Shown here piece after piece: positions 12,766 to 23,432 of a DNA stretch of 64,000 nucleotides (its first letter is position 1; each line of letters begins with the position of its first letter). Source of the DNA: an uncultured delta proteobacterium (GTDB lineage Bacteria; Desulfobacterota; Binatia; UBA9968). Both the position numbers and the translations under genes were made by a program. The notes beneath the pieces were generated by a model, which was not told the origin of the DNA, searched no databases, and worked only from the letters and a program-made list of their open reading frames with translations. The stretch spans positions 68,615 through 132,614 of the forward strand of contig CAVXEP010000006.1 in assembly GCA_963760795.1 (NCBI GenBank), in the 5' to 3' direction.

Positions 12766-13161
12766 ATGAGCAGGTTTATCGAGTATATTAAGGCACAAGC
12801 GCGCGCGCTCAAACGCGAGACCCACGCCCTCTATCTCGCCGGCCGCGATCCGCGCACGCCCTGGCCCGCTAAAGTGGTCATCGCCATCGTGGTCGCCTAC
12901 GCTTTGAGTCCGATTGATTTGATCCCGGACTTCATCCCGGTGTTGGGTTATCTCGACGACGTCTTGTTGCTACCGCTCGGCATCTATCTGGCGCTCAAGC
13001 TTATCCCCGCCGCGGTCCTGGCTGACGCCCGGCATGCCGCTCATCAAGCTAGCTTCAATTTGTCCGCGAGCCGCGCCGCCGCCGTCGTGGTTATCCTGCT
13101 TTGGATGATCAGCATGACGTTGTCGGAGTATTTGTGCTCCGTTACTTTGCACGCGGTTTGA
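12766..13161 (+). CDS. DUF1232/YkvA family membrane protein
   Basis: [22 protein letters not shown] signature. Confidence 0.9.
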   Translation: MSRFIEYIKAQARALKRETHALYLAGRDPRTPWPAKVVIAIVVAYALSPIDLIPDFIPVLGYLDDVLLLPLGIYLALKLIPAAVLADARHAAHQASFNLSASRAAAVVVILLWMISMTLSEYLCSVTLHAV

Positions 13162-13170
13162 GATAACCGA

Positions 13171-14616
13171 TCAACTATCGAGATTCGGCCGTTTGCCATA
13201 CCACCCAGTCGCCCGTTCATAAGCATGGCCCACTTGAAACAGCCGCGTCTCATCGAAAGGCGCGCCGACGATTTGCATGCCAATCGGCAAACCGCTGGCA
13301 GAAAAACCACAGCATAAACTCATCGCCGGCAGGCCGGTGACGTTGAACGGAATGGTACAGAGGGTCCCGGTGGTACCGCGCTCGTCTTGCAGCTCGACGC
13401 GCCGGCCATCGACGATGGCGAAACCTTGGCGGCACTCGTCAATCGTTTGCGCCGGCGAGCCGACGGTCGGCGCCACTATGACATCGACCTTATCGAAGGC
13501 CGATTCGAAGGAGTCGCAGATCAACCGCCGCACCCGCTGCGCGGTCACGTAGACATCGGCGGGAATCAGCAACGATTTGATATGCCGATAGAACAGCGGC
13601 GAGCTGTAGTCGCGCGGCGAGTTTTTCAAATATTCATGAGCCGTCGCGACGTTCTCGACGCGGCTGGTGGCCAACTGGACTGCGGCGATCAAGTCGGTGT
13701 AGCGAATATCGAGCTTGACGATTTTCATGCCGAGGGATTTTAATTGCCCAACCGCAGCGTCGAACACGCCGCGCACCGCCGCGCTCATGAATTCATCGAA
13801 GTAGCCATTGATCAATCCCACGCGCAAGCCTTTGACCGATTTGCCGATGGCGCTGATATAGTTCGCCACCGGCTCTCGCGAACTCAGCGGATCTTTCGGA
13901 TCATGGCCGGCGATGGCCTTGAGCATCAAGGCGCAATCCTTCACCGTCTTGGCAAACGGCCCAAAGTGATCCGTCGAAAATCCACCCGTGCCGAGCACGC
14001 CGCCGTATCGGCTGACTCTACCAAAGGTCGCCTTCAAACCGACCACGCCGCACAGCGATGCTGGATGGCGCACCGAACCGGCATTATCCGTACCGATGGA
14101 ACCCAAGCAGAGACTAGCCGCCACCGACGCCGCCGAACCGCCGCTGGACCCGCCGGAAATGCGCTGACGATCCCAAGGATTGGTCGTCGTGCCATAGTAT
14201 GGGTTGATCGTCGTGCTGCCCGACGCCCATTCGTGCATATTGGTTTTGCCAAGAATCACCGCACCAGAGGATTTCAATTTTTCAACGACGGTTGCATCGT
14301 AGTCGGGAATCCAGTTGGCAAGTTGCTTCGACCCGGCGGTGGTTTTCACCCCGCGCGTCGCCAAATTGTCTTTGATGGAAAAAGGAATGCCATGCAGTGG
14401 CCCGCGCCACTTGCCCGCACGCAGTTCGCGATCGAGAGCGCGCGCTTGCTTCAGCGCATCGTCCGCCGTCACTGTTTGAAAAGCATTGAGCGCAGGGTTG
14501 TAACGGTCGATGCGATCAAGAAACCGCTTGGTCAAGTCGACAACGGAGAGTTTCTTCGCCTTGATGACCGGCGCAAGTTCGGCAATGGTCGCGCGCTCGA
14601 GGTCCGGCACCGTCAT
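13171..14616 (-). CDS. Amidase signature family protein (GatA/AtzE-like)
   Basis: IKDN (catalytic Lys), GGSSGGS, GTDNAGSVR. Confidence 0.92.
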   Translation of the reverse strand: MTVPDLERATIAELAPVIKAKKLSVVDLTKRFLDRIDRYNPALNAFQTVTADDALKQARALDRELRAGKWRGPLHGIPFSIKDNLATRGVKTTAGSKQLANWIPDYDATVVEKLKSSGAVILGKTNMHEWASGSTTINPYYGTTTNPWDRQRISGGSSGGSAASVAASLCLGSIGTDNAGSVRHPASLCGVVGLKATFGRVSRYGGVLGTGGFSTDHFGPFAKTVKDCALMLKAIAGHDPKDPLSSREPVANYISAIGKSVKGLRVGLINGYFDEFMSAAVRGVFDAAVGQLKSLGMKIVKLDIRYTDLIAAVQLATSRVENVATAHEYLKNSPRDYSSPLFYRHIKSLLIPADVYVTAQRVRRLICDSFESAFDKVDVIVAPTVGSPAQTIDECRQGFAIVDGRRVELQDERGTTGTLCTIPFNVTGLPAMSLCCGFSASGLPIGMQIVGAPFDETRLFQVGHAYERATGWYGKRPNLDS

Positions 14617-14813
14617 TTTCGCCTCCGATTGCCCGGGCTCCATCGAGGCGCTTTAAAGACACCCATGACTGGCCGAGTCTGCGCTAAATCTATCTGCTTT
14701 AGCCGTTCGAGGACCTTTTCTTGGACCGCCGCCTCCGCGGCGATGCGGTGAATCTCATCCTCACTCAGATTCCAACCATACTGAGCGCTCAGTCGACGCA
14801 CCTGCTCTTCCAT
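14613..14813 (-). CDS. Small GatC/AtzG-like amidase partner protein
   Basis: 66 aa helical ORF with GGGAGG RBS; stop overlaps amidase start (ATGA); EQVRRLSAQYGWNLSEDE resembles GatC-like N-terminus. Confidence 0.55.
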   Translation of the reverse strand: MEEQVRRLSAQYGWNLSEDEIHRIAAEAAVQEKVLERLKQIDLAQTRPVMGVFKAPRWSPGNRRRK

Positions 14814-14923
14814 AATCATCCTCCCGCCGGCAATGGCCCAGCTATACTGCCGGCAAAATGTGAAGTCTAGAAAGAAATTCAGGTAGGCGAATTTGACATT
14901 AACTTACTGAGGGGAGGAAAGCC

Positions 14924-15193
14924 CTAGCGGCCGTTGCCCTTCGAGATCCGCGCCATGCCTTCCGGACTGACCGTGACGAGTCTACCCGGTTGGCCAAACA
15001 TCACCTTCGCCGCGGTCGGCGAAATCTCCCGGCCGAACAAGCACAGGCGATTGGCCTTCAGGCTGTCGCCATTGGCCCACTTGGCGAACTCGTCGGGCGA
15101 CGGCATGTGGCCGATGTCCGCCGCGCAGCGGCGCACGATGAAACCGAGCATCATCTTCGATTCATCGCTTTTGCTTTGGGGAATTCCGGCCAT
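14924..15193 (-). CDS. Hypothetical protein
   Basis: 89 aa ORF filling intergenic space. Confidence 0.5.
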   Translation of the reverse strand: MAGIPQSKSDESKMMLGFIVRRCAADIGHMPSPDEFAKWANGDSLKANRLCLFGREISPTAAKVMFGQPGRLVTVSPEGMARISKGNGR

Positions 15194-15322
15194 GGTTGAA
15201 ATTTATAGAAAAACTTCATGCAGCTTGCAAGATTCTGACCGATTAATTTTCCAATCGCCCGACCGTCGATGGCTTGCGCCAACACGACTTAGTGGCATAA
15301 AGCCAATAGGCAAGGAGGAACC

Positions 15323-15871
15323 ATGGCAAGAATACCACTGGTTGAAAGTAAAGAAAGCTTAGCACCGGAGCATCAAAAGATTTATGACGCCATCGTCAAA
15401 AGCCGCGGCGAGGTGCGCGGTTGTTTTCCGGCGCTACTGCATGTGCCGACCATCGCCGACCACACCGCCAGCCTGGGCGGCTACCTGCGCTTCGACGGCA
15501 AACTCGAACCGAAGGTGCGCACCCTCGCCGCGCTGACCGTCTCGCGAGAATTGGACTGCATTCACGAATGGGCTGCCGGTGTGAAAAACGCCGAGAAGAA
15601 CCGCATTAGCCGTGAAACCCTAGTTGCGGTCCACCAGCGCCAGCCCACCACCGGGCTTCCCCCGGACGAAGCTGAAATCGTCGACTACGTTCGCGCGCTA
15701 CTGCATTCCCATCGCGTCACCGAGCCGGCTTTTCAATCGATGCTCGCCCGCTTAGGCGTCGCCGGCATCGTCGAACTCACGGCAACCATCGGCTATTATT
15801 CGATGATTTCCTGTACGCTCAATGCTTTCGAACTTTCATCCTCGCCCAATCCGGTAGATTTCCCGATATGA
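15323..15871 (+). CDS. Carboxymuconolactone decarboxylase (CMD/AhpD-like) family protein
   Basis: MARIPL start, SRG.VRG.F.ALLH.P, EW, VELTATIGYY; AGGAGG RBS. Confidence 0.85.
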   Translation: MARIPLVESKESLAPEHQKIYDAIVKSRGEVRGCFPALLHVPTIADHTASLGGYLRFDGKLEPKVRTLAALTVSRELDCIHEWAAGVKNAEKNRISRETLVAVHQRQPTTGLPPDEAEIVDYVRALLHSHRVTEPAFQSMLARLGVAGIVELTATIGYYSMISCTLNAFELSSSPNPVDFPI

Positions 15872-15940
15872 CCGATCATTGAAGTAAAAAGGTTCGGCAG
15901 ACTTCGGTGTGGATATGGGTCAAGGTCGATTTGTTTTGTG

Positions 15941-16002
15941 CACCATGAAGAGCACGAATAGTTCGAATGGTTAAGATTCCGAACTTCGTGTCCTTCGTGG
16001 TG
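15941..16002. repeat. Intergenic imperfect palindromic repeat (cacgaa...ttcgtg family)
   Basis: caccatgaagagcacgaa...ccgaacttcgtgtccttcgtggtg; related to 4331-4400. Confidence 0.6.
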
Positions 16003-16084
16003 CAAACATCTTCACCGTAAACCCGGCATAATCCCAAAAAAGAGGCGAGCCGACGAGTCGCCGAATCGTCATGCAATTGGCTCA

Positions 16085-17011
16085 TTGACTGCAACTCTTG
16101 ATATTTTTGTCGGTTGGATTAGCATCATTGTTTGTGCTTTTAGCTGGGGGATTCTACTAAATGCGAGCAAGCGATGGACATCATCATCTATCTGCGGGAA
16201 ACGTTATTCGTTCGAAAAGCTGTCATTGCTTTTTGGCGGTACCGACGACACCGGAGTGGTCCGCGGCAGCGAAATGGTCGGTGACCGTTACCAAGACCTC
16301 CTGCAGGAAATTGCCGCCATCACCGAATATCAATGGCGCTCCGGAACGACCCGAGGCCTGGTAAAAGGGTTCATGCTCAGCGGTCCTCCCGGCACGGGCA
16401 AGACAACCCTGGCCAAACGGCTGGCCTATGAACTCGGTCGCAGGTTTGAGGCCGAGGATGAGCCGCCAGTCGCTTTAGCCTTTATCGATGGCGGTGAGAT
16501 TTCGCGCTCCCGGTATGGTGAGAGCGAAGAAAGAATTCGCGATATCTTTCTCCATGCAAGATCGGGATTCACTGCGCAGGGACAGCGCTCTGTGCTGCTG
16601 TTCGATGACGTCGAATCCATTTTCATGGCGCGCGGCAGTCAACATGCCAAAGAGTGGCACTTTTCTCAGGACAGCGTTTTCTTTCATTCCATAGACGATC
16701 TCGATACGTCCCGCGCCACGATCGTTTTGACAAGCAACCGCCCCGATCTGATCGATGAAGCCATTCGTGATCGCTTCCTGAGTTACGTCGTTGACTATCC
16801 GGATCTCGACACGCTCCTTCAGATGGTCCAGCAAATACCGGCCATTGAACAACTGTCCGGCACGCAGCAGACCACATTAAAAAACGATCTGATTGCCGCG
16901 GTGAAGAATGGCACCGTCCGCAGCATGCGCGATGGCCAACGTTTCGCGATGCGCCACTTCGTGGCAAAGTTGCTGAAAAAGGAATCGCTGGCGCAACAGA
17001 TCGCTGACTAA
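16085..17011 (+). CDS. Single-module AAA+ ATPase (start uncertain)
   Basis: Walker A GPPGTGKT, Walker B LLFDDVE, SRH TSNRPDLIDEAIRDRF. Confidence 0.8.
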   Translation: MTATLDIFVGWISIIVCAFSWGILLNASKRWTSSSICGKRYSFEKLSLLFGGTDDTGVVRGSEMVGDRYQDLLQEIAAITEYQWRSGTTRGLVKGFMLSGPPGTGKTTLAKRLAYELGRRFEAEDEPPVALAFIDGGEISRSRYGESEERIRDIFLHARSGFTAQGQRSVLLFDDVESIFMARGSQHAKEWHFSQDSVFFHSIDDLDTSRATIVLTSNRPDLIDEAIRDRFLSYVVDYPDLDTLLQMVQQIPAIEQLSGTQQTTLKNDLIAAVKNGTVRSMRDGQRFAMRHFVAKLLKKESLAQQIAD

Positions 17012-17041
17012 TTATTTAACACACTGACAAAGGGAATCGTT

Positions 17042-18060
17042 ATGGCAAAGAATTTCTATGAACAATGGCTCGAAACGCCAAACAAACTTCAAGATGAACT
17101 TGAAATCGGCCGCCTGGTAGCCGCGGACAAAGACATTCCATGGGTTTCAACGCCCCATGATGTCAAAGTAAAACTGATGGTTGCGAACCATCTCGGTTTT
17201 GCCACCATGGGCAGCAATGTGCTCAAGTCGGAAATTCCGGTTGGCTGGCATACCGGCAAGCATCGGCACGGTGAAGAGTCGATGCACATCCTCGAGGGTG
17301 AAGGGTTTAGCATTATCAATGGCCAGCGTTTCAACTGGCACAAAAGCAGCACGCTGCAGATTCCATTTTGGGCTGAGCATCAACATTTTAATACCGGCAA
17401 GGTTCCGGTCTTAATCATTCACGGTATGTGTTTCGATCTCGAAGTCCTACCTCCGGGTTGCGCGCATTGAGCAGATCGAGACCTGCGGCCCCAATGATCC
17501 ATCGATGATCGCCGCCGTGCCTGAGGAGACGTCACAGTATTACCCCGATGGCACCCGTGCGATTATCCATCTTGAGCAGGCGCCGACGAACAAAGAAAAA
17601 CTACCTGACGGAGAGAGTTATAATCCGCAGGGCGCCATCGCCGCGACCAAAAACCAGCACGACTTTTCCAACTATCTCGTCGTGCCCAAAAATGGCTTCC
17701 GTGCCGTCAGCGTGGCGATTACCAATCGCTGGATTGAGCCGGGCTTTCCATGAGAGTGGCAGGCACAAGCATCTTGAGGCTGTCGTCTATGCCATTGAAG
17801 GTCAGGGGTACACCGATATGCAGGGCAAGCGGATTCCTTGGGAAGCTGGCGACGTTCTCTATGTGCCGCCGGCCATGTGGGAACACCAGCACATTAACGA
17901 AAATCCAAATTCGATTACCCAGCTTCGTATTGGCTTCAATATTCGCCAGTGGATCACGTCAATCTGGCCCCAAGGTTTTACCAGCACGCGCATCTATGAC
18001 GATGAAGGCGACCCAATTGAAGCAGGCCGTATCGTGCGTAAACGCGAGCGCTCCTACTAA
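17042..18060 (+). CDS. Bicupin protein (gentisate-dioxygenase-like fold), two frameshifts
   Basis: Cupin motifs GKHRHGEES...EHQHFN and GRHKHLEAV...EHQHIN spread over ORFs 17042-17470, 17505-17753, 17548-18060. Confidence 0.75.
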
Positions 18061-18421
18061 TCAAAATTGTTCCGCTGTTCTCATCGACCTTGGTTTAGGA
18101 CCATCTTTATGTTCAGGCTTTGTAAGCTTGGTAATGAGCCGTCCCTGGCAAAGTCGCGTGCACGGCTGCACCATCTACGTGCGCCGACCGCCGTCCGTTG
18201 CTAGCCCATCCTTCAATGCCTTCAGCGCGGACAATATCGTGCTCAGATCTCGCCTCAGATATTTCGCGGCCACCGTCAGGCTGATCCCGCCTATCTTACG
18301 ACCCACATAGGCCGGCTCCGCTCTTAGTCGATTCTCTACTCGTCCTCGGGCTCTGCCAAGTAATTCTCTGGCTGATCAAGCGACTTGCCGTCATCTACCA
18401 AAGTTGCTACCCCGGAGCTGC

Positions 18422-19887
18422 ATGAATAAGCTTTTGGGCGTGCTCGCCCTGGTCGCCGCTGTCCTTGGCGGCGCGCTCGTGATCGGCGTTCAGCGCTTTG
18501 TGCCGCGTCAGATCGACGTCGCCCCCGCAACGCCGATTCAAATCGATGTCGATGCCGCTGCACAACGACTTAGCCGCGCGATTCGCCATCGGACGGTCTC
18601 GCCGGTCGACTGCGGCATCACAGGCTGAGTTCGAACGCTTTCATGCTTTTCTTACCGAGTCATTTCCCGCGTTGCATAAGCGCTTGGCGAGAGAAACCGT
18701 CAATCAGCACAGCCTGCTTTACACTTGGCAAGGCACTCGCACCGAGTTGAAACCGATCCTGTTGCTTGCCCACATGGACGTGGTGCCCGCCGACGCCGAA
18801 GATTCCCCTAGGTGGCACCACCCGCCTTTCGCTGGTGCAGTCGCTGAGGGTTACCTGTGGGGGCGCGGCGCCATGGATGACAAAAGCAGCCTGATGGCAA
18901 GTCTTGAAGCGATAGAATGGCTCGTCAAACAAGGTTACCAACCCGAGCGCACTATCTACTTAGCCTTTGGCCACGACGAGGAAACCGGCGGCCACAACGG
19001 TGCGGCAAAGATCGCGGCGCAGCTCCAAGCGCGCCAATTGCAATTCGAGTACATACTCGACGAGGGCGGCAATATCCTCTCCGGCCTTTTGAAAAATGTC
19101 AGCGCGCCGGTGGCTCTGATCGGCATCGCTGAAAAAGGCTATTTGAGTTTAGCCTTGACGGCGGAAACCGCCGGTGGCCATTCTGCCATTCCACCGATCC
19201 ACAGCGCCATCGGCAAACTGAGCTTGGCCTTGGCCGCCCTGGCGAGCAACCCTTTTCCTTCGCGCCTGTCCGAGCCAACCCGACAGATGTTGGAATATCT
19301 TGGACCGCACATGGCGTGGCCCGAACGCTTTCTCCTCGCCAACCTCTGGCTGTTCGAGCCCGTCATTCGCCACCAATTGGAGCGCTCTCCTCTGACCAAC
19401 GCGGCTATCCGCACGACCCTCGCGCCGACACTCATCACAGGTGGCATCCAGGAGAACGTTTTGCCGAGCAAAGCGCGCGCGGTGGTGAATCTACGGTTAT
19501 TGCCGGGCGACATCACCGCCGCGGTGATTGAACGAGTCCGCAAGATTATTGCTGACAACGCCATCACCATGACGCCGTTGGCCACGCGCGTCGAGCCCTC
19601 ACCCGTAACGCCCACCAGCTCGGCTTCGTTTCAGACCCTGCAACGCACGGTGCGTGAAATCATTCCTGAAGCGATTGTAGCGCCGGGCTTGCTCGTGGCG
19701 ACCACCGATTCGCGCCACTATGCGACGCTATCTAAAAACGTTTTTCGTTTTTTCCCGATGACACTTCGACCGGGAGATACCGAGCGCTACCACGGTATCG
19801 ACGAACGGATCAGTGTGGAGGATTACGCGCGCTGCCGTACGGTTTTATGTGCAACTGATCCGGAACAGCCAAAGTTCTGGAAAATAA
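18422..19887 (+). CDS. M20 family metallopeptidase/amidohydrolase (PM20D1/carboxypeptidase S-like), frameshifted near 18615 and 19833
   Basis: N-terminal anchor MNKLLG..., AHMDVV, GRGAMDDK, HDEE, GGHS, TDSRHY, HGIDERI. Confidence 0.85.
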
Positions 19888-19926
19888 CCGGGGGGATTTT
19901 CCAACCCGCTCTCCTCGGTCCCACGC

Positions 19927-20919
19927 TCAACGGTACAGCGCTTTAATAAACCCGCTGTCGTCCAGCTCCTTAATAAACCGGTTATCCATGAAGTCCGACG
20001 CTTTGACGTTGGGCGTCTGCGGATTGCGCTGGCGGATGAAATCGATCACGCCCTGCAAGCCCTTCTCGCTCACGTAAGGAACCCGTGGAATGATCCGGCC
20101 GACGTAATAATCGTAACTGGCGTTGAGCACATCTTTATCATCCGTGCGCATGTATTTGCTCAGGACTTTCAAGGTAAATTCCCGGTGGGTTTGGGCATAT
20201 TGGATCGCCGCCACGAAACCCTTGGTGAAGCTGCGCACCATATCGGGATTCTCCTTGATCAAAGCGCGCGTCGTGATCATCGACGCGGCTTCGTAGGGAA
20301 CGTTGGCTTGGGAAAGGTCCAATATGGCATGGAAGCCCATCTTCTGCGCCGCCACATAGCCGCCGATGGTGACCACCGTGGCATCAACCACGCCCTGAGT
20401 CATCGCCGCCAGTCTTTCGCTGTCGGTGCCCATGGCGAGAATGGTTACGTCTTTTTCACCGAGTCCCAATTTCTGCACCGCGACCCTGGCCGCGAGATCA
20501 GAATCGGTGCCGGGCCGGCTCGCGCCGATCCGTTTGCCCTTCATGTCGGCGGCGTTGCGGATTTCCTTTTTTGTCACCAGATAGAATAACAACCCGGGTG
20601 TTGCGGTCGCGATCAGCACGGTGTCCATGCCGCCCAACTTGGCGAGCACGGAAGAGCTGGCGCCGAAGGCGCCGAAATGCGCATCCTTGGTCGCCAGGGC
20701 ATTGATCGCGATCGTGCTGCCGCGGAAAAACACCACGTCGACATCCAATCCATATTGTTTATACAACCCGGCTTCGCGAGCGAGCCAAAACGTCGTCAGG
20801 TTTGGCCCGGTGGAACCGAAGGCGAGCACAGCACGATCGAGTTTTTGCGCTGGCGCCGGCGCAGCAATGGAGCTGATCACCATCCCCGCAACGACTAGCA
20901 AACAATGTCTAAACCCCAT
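19927..20919 (-). CDS. ABC transporter substrate-binding protein (NMT1/SsuA-like)
   Basis: Signal peptide, AREAGLYKQYGLDV, MKGKRIG, ELDDSGFIKALY. Confidence 0.87.
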   Translation of the reverse strand: MGFRHCLLVVAGMVISSIAAPAPAQKLDRAVLAFGSTGPNLTTFWLAREAGLYKQYGLDVDVVFFRGSTIAINALATKDAHFGAFGASSSVLAKLGGMDTVLIATATPGLLFYLVTKKEIRNAADMKGKRIGASRPGTDSDLAARVAVQKLGLGEKDVTILAMGTDSERLAAMTQGVVDATVVTIGGYVAAQKMGFHAILDLSQANVPYEAASMITTRALIKENPDMVRSFTKGFVAAIQYAQTHREFTLKVLSKYMRTDDKDVLNASYDYYVGRIIPRVPYVSEKGLQGVIDFIRQRNPQTPNVKASDFMDNRFIKELDDSGFIKALYR

Positions 20920-20944
20920 GCTTCACCTCGGCATCGGAAAAGTG

Positions 20945-22165
20945 CTAAGCGGCCATGCGCTTGAGGCGCGCGCCCAAAAACGCATAACCGACTATCGCTA
21001 GAACAACGGCTCCGGCGGCGATCGCCAACGGCGCGCTGGTCCATTCGGCGACGAAACCGGCTTGCATGCCACCAAACTCACGCAAGCCGCCACCGGTTAA
21101 ACCGTAGAACCCGGAGACCCGGCCACGGAACGCCTCGTCGACGCGCAGCTGAATCGACGTGTTGAGCAGGGTTTCAAATACCGTGCTCAAGGCGCCGATG
21201 GCAACCAAGAGCGCGACGGCGATGGAAAAGTTGCGGCTCAAGGCAAAACCGAACAATGCCGCCGCGAAAGCTAGCAGCATGGAGACCATGAGCCAGCGCT
21301 TGGCCTCCACTCGTCCCAAACTTGCCAAAGTAAACGAACCGAAGATCGTTCCAAGTCCCGGGCCCGCGGCGAGAAAGCCAAAGCCTGAGGCACCCACACG
21401 CAGGACATCTTTGGCGAACACCGGCAGAAGCGTCGCATAGGAACGGCCGAAGATATTAAAAATCGCCGAAACCGCCAAAAAGTTGAAAATGATCGGCTCG
21501 GCGCGCACGTAACGAAATCCGCCGAGCAAGCTCTGCAGCACCGTGCCGCGCCCAGGCTCCTGGACGTTGGCTGGGACGCGTAGCCGGAGCAAGGCCGCCA
21601 CTACAGCCAGGTAACTGACAACGTTGACGTAGAAACATCCGTCGATGCCGATCGTGCCGACGGAAATCCCGACCAAGCTCGGCCCGAGCAATCCGGCGCC
21701 GTTCCAGGTCACGGCGTTTAGCGCCAAAGCATTGACCAGGACATCGCGCGGAATCAATTGCGGCAGCAAAGCCTGGCGCACCGGCTGTTCGAACGCCCAT
21801 GTAGTCGACGTGACCGCGCCGAGCACGAAGATATGCCAGACCTGGATCGTATGACTCGATACCAGCAGCGCCAAAGCAAGTGAGGTGCCCGCGGCGATGA
21901 ACTGAATCCACAACATCACTTTGCGCCGGTCGATGCGGTCCGACATGATCCCGCCGATAATAAAAAAGCTCAGCAGCATGACCATGCGCAGCGAGCTGAA
22001 CAGCCCAAGATAAAGGGGCGACGCGGTCAGATCGAAAAGCAGCCAGCCCATGGCGATGCTCTGCATCCAGGAACCGACGTTGGAAACGAAGTAGCTCGAC
22101 CAAAACCAAAAATAGTCGGGATAGCGAAGCGCGTGAAACGCGCCGTAGGTTTTTGAATCAGTCAT
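20945..22165 (-). CDS. MFS transporter (MFS_3/EntS-like)
   Basis: About 12 TM helices; SNVGSWMQ, DRIDRRK, RGRV motifs. Confidence 0.88.
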   Translation of the reverse strand: MTDSKTYGAFHALRYPDYFWFWSSYFVSNVGSWMQSIAMGWLLFDLTASPLYLGLFSSLRMVMLLSFFIIGGIMSDRIDRRKVMLWIQFIAAGTSLALALLVSSHTIQVWHIFVLGAVTSTTWAFEQPVRQALLPQLIPRDVLVNALALNAVTWNGAGLLGPSLVGISVGTIGIDGCFYVNVVSYLAVVAALLRLRVPANVQEPGRGTVLQSLLGGFRYVRAEPIIFNFLAVSAIFNIFGRSYATLLPVFAKDVLRVGASGFGFLAAGPGLGTIFGSFTLASLGRVEAKRWLMVSMLLAFAAALFGFALSRNFSIAVALLVAIGALSTVFETLLNTSIQLRVDEAFRGRVSGFYGLTGGGLREFGGMQAGFVAEWTSAPLAIAAGAVVLAIVGYAFLGARLKRMAA

Positions 22166-22177
22166 CAAGGCTACGCA

Positions 22178-22204
22178 GTAGGGGCGAAAAATCCTTCGCC
22201 CCTA
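22178..22204 (+). repeat. GTAG-type REP-like palindrome
   Basis: GTAGGGGCGAAAAATCCTTCGCCCCTA intergenic hairpin. Confidence 0.6.
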
Positions 22205-22249
22205 ACCAGATATCATCATGCTAGTTCTTTCGTAAGGAAAAAGAGAAGC

Positions 22250-23302
22250 TTACTGCAAAGCCAACGGATACATCCGTTTGGGATTCTCGAAACAAATCTT
22301 GCGCTTGATGTCCGCGCCGACATCTTCCCGCGCCATAAATCTTTCGATATTCTCGCGAAATTCGGCGCGCGGCTCGTGCGGAAAATCGGTGGCGCAGAAA
22401 AGGATATCATCGCGTAGCTGCCCGGCCACCTGCGGGATGGCGCGATCTTCGAGCTCACAATGAATGAAGATATGACCGCTTTTCAATTGCTCCGAGGGCA
22501 ACCTTTTGCAATCCGGCACTTCCGTGTTGCGGTGATCGTACTCCATGTCCATGCGTTCAAGTAAATACGGCACCCAGCCGCAGCCCGCCTCCGCATAAGC
22601 GATGTTCAAGTTCGGGAATCTGTCGACCACCCCGTTATAAATCATACTGGTCATCTGAATCATCTGACCAAAACCGTGGCTGAGCGTGCGCACTTCGATC
22701 AACCGATCAAAGTTGTCCACCCCGATCCCTTGTGTCGGTGCGGCGTGAACCGCGAGCAGGGCACCGAGTTTCTCTGCGGCTTCGTAAACCGGGAAATATT
22801 TTGGATCGCCAAGCGGCTGGCGCAATCCGACTGCCGGCAAAACCGCGCCGACAAAGCCGAGTTCTTTAACGGCGCGCTGCAATTCCTTTACCGCGTCGGG
22901 AATCGATTGGAGCGGGATAAGCGCCATGCCCTTCAAGCGTTTTTCCGGTTTAGTAAAGGTCTCGTAAAGGTAATTGTTGTATCCAGCGGCGACCGCACAA
23001 GCCCAGTCCTTATCACGGATTAAACCGAAGGTAAGCCCGGCGGTGGGATAAAGCACCGACCAGGCGATTTGATCTTCATCGAGAAAATCTTGCCACTCTT
23101 TCAAACTGCCTTTGGCGATGTAACGGCCTTTGCCATCGGCGACCCGCCGCGCTTGGCGGTGAAACCCGTCGAGAGTGGGAAAGAACGGGAATGCGAGCAG
23201 ATCAGCGCGTCCATGGTACGGTCCCGGTAGAAAATCCAGCAGCTCGGCATCGCTTTCGACCACATGTCCGTCGGCATCGATAAAACCTTTCATTTTCGTC
23301 AT
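22250..23302 (-). CDS. Amidohydrolase family protein (Amidohydro_2)
   Basis: DADGH, VHAA, EAGCGWVP, TDFPH. Confidence 0.9.
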   Translation of the reverse strand: MTKMKGFIDADGHVVESDAELLDFLPGPYHGRADLLAFPFFPTLDGFHRQARRVADGKGRYIAKGSLKEWQDFLDEDQIAWSVLYPTAGLTFGLIRDKDWACAVAAGYNNYLYETFTKPEKRLKGMALIPLQSIPDAVKELQRAVKELGFVGAVLPAVGLRQPLGDPKYFPVYEAAEKLGALLAVHAAPTQGIGVDNFDRLIEVRTLSHGFGQMIQMTSMIYNGVVDRFPNLNIAYAEAGCGWVPYLLERMDMEYDHRNTEVPDCKRLPSEQLKSGHIFIHCELEDRAIPQVAGQLRDDILFCATDFPHEPRAEFRENIERFMAREDVGADIKRKICFENPKRMYPLALQ

Positions 23303-23432
23303 CGTCGCACCGACTTTCTGCGGCAAGCCGCAGCAAATTTCCGACTTCGTTTCTATGCAATGCCGAGCAGATCTCTGTTGTGTAGCAAATCCGCGCTGTA
23401 GCCACTAAAGAAAAACTAAATGCGCTCCGGAG

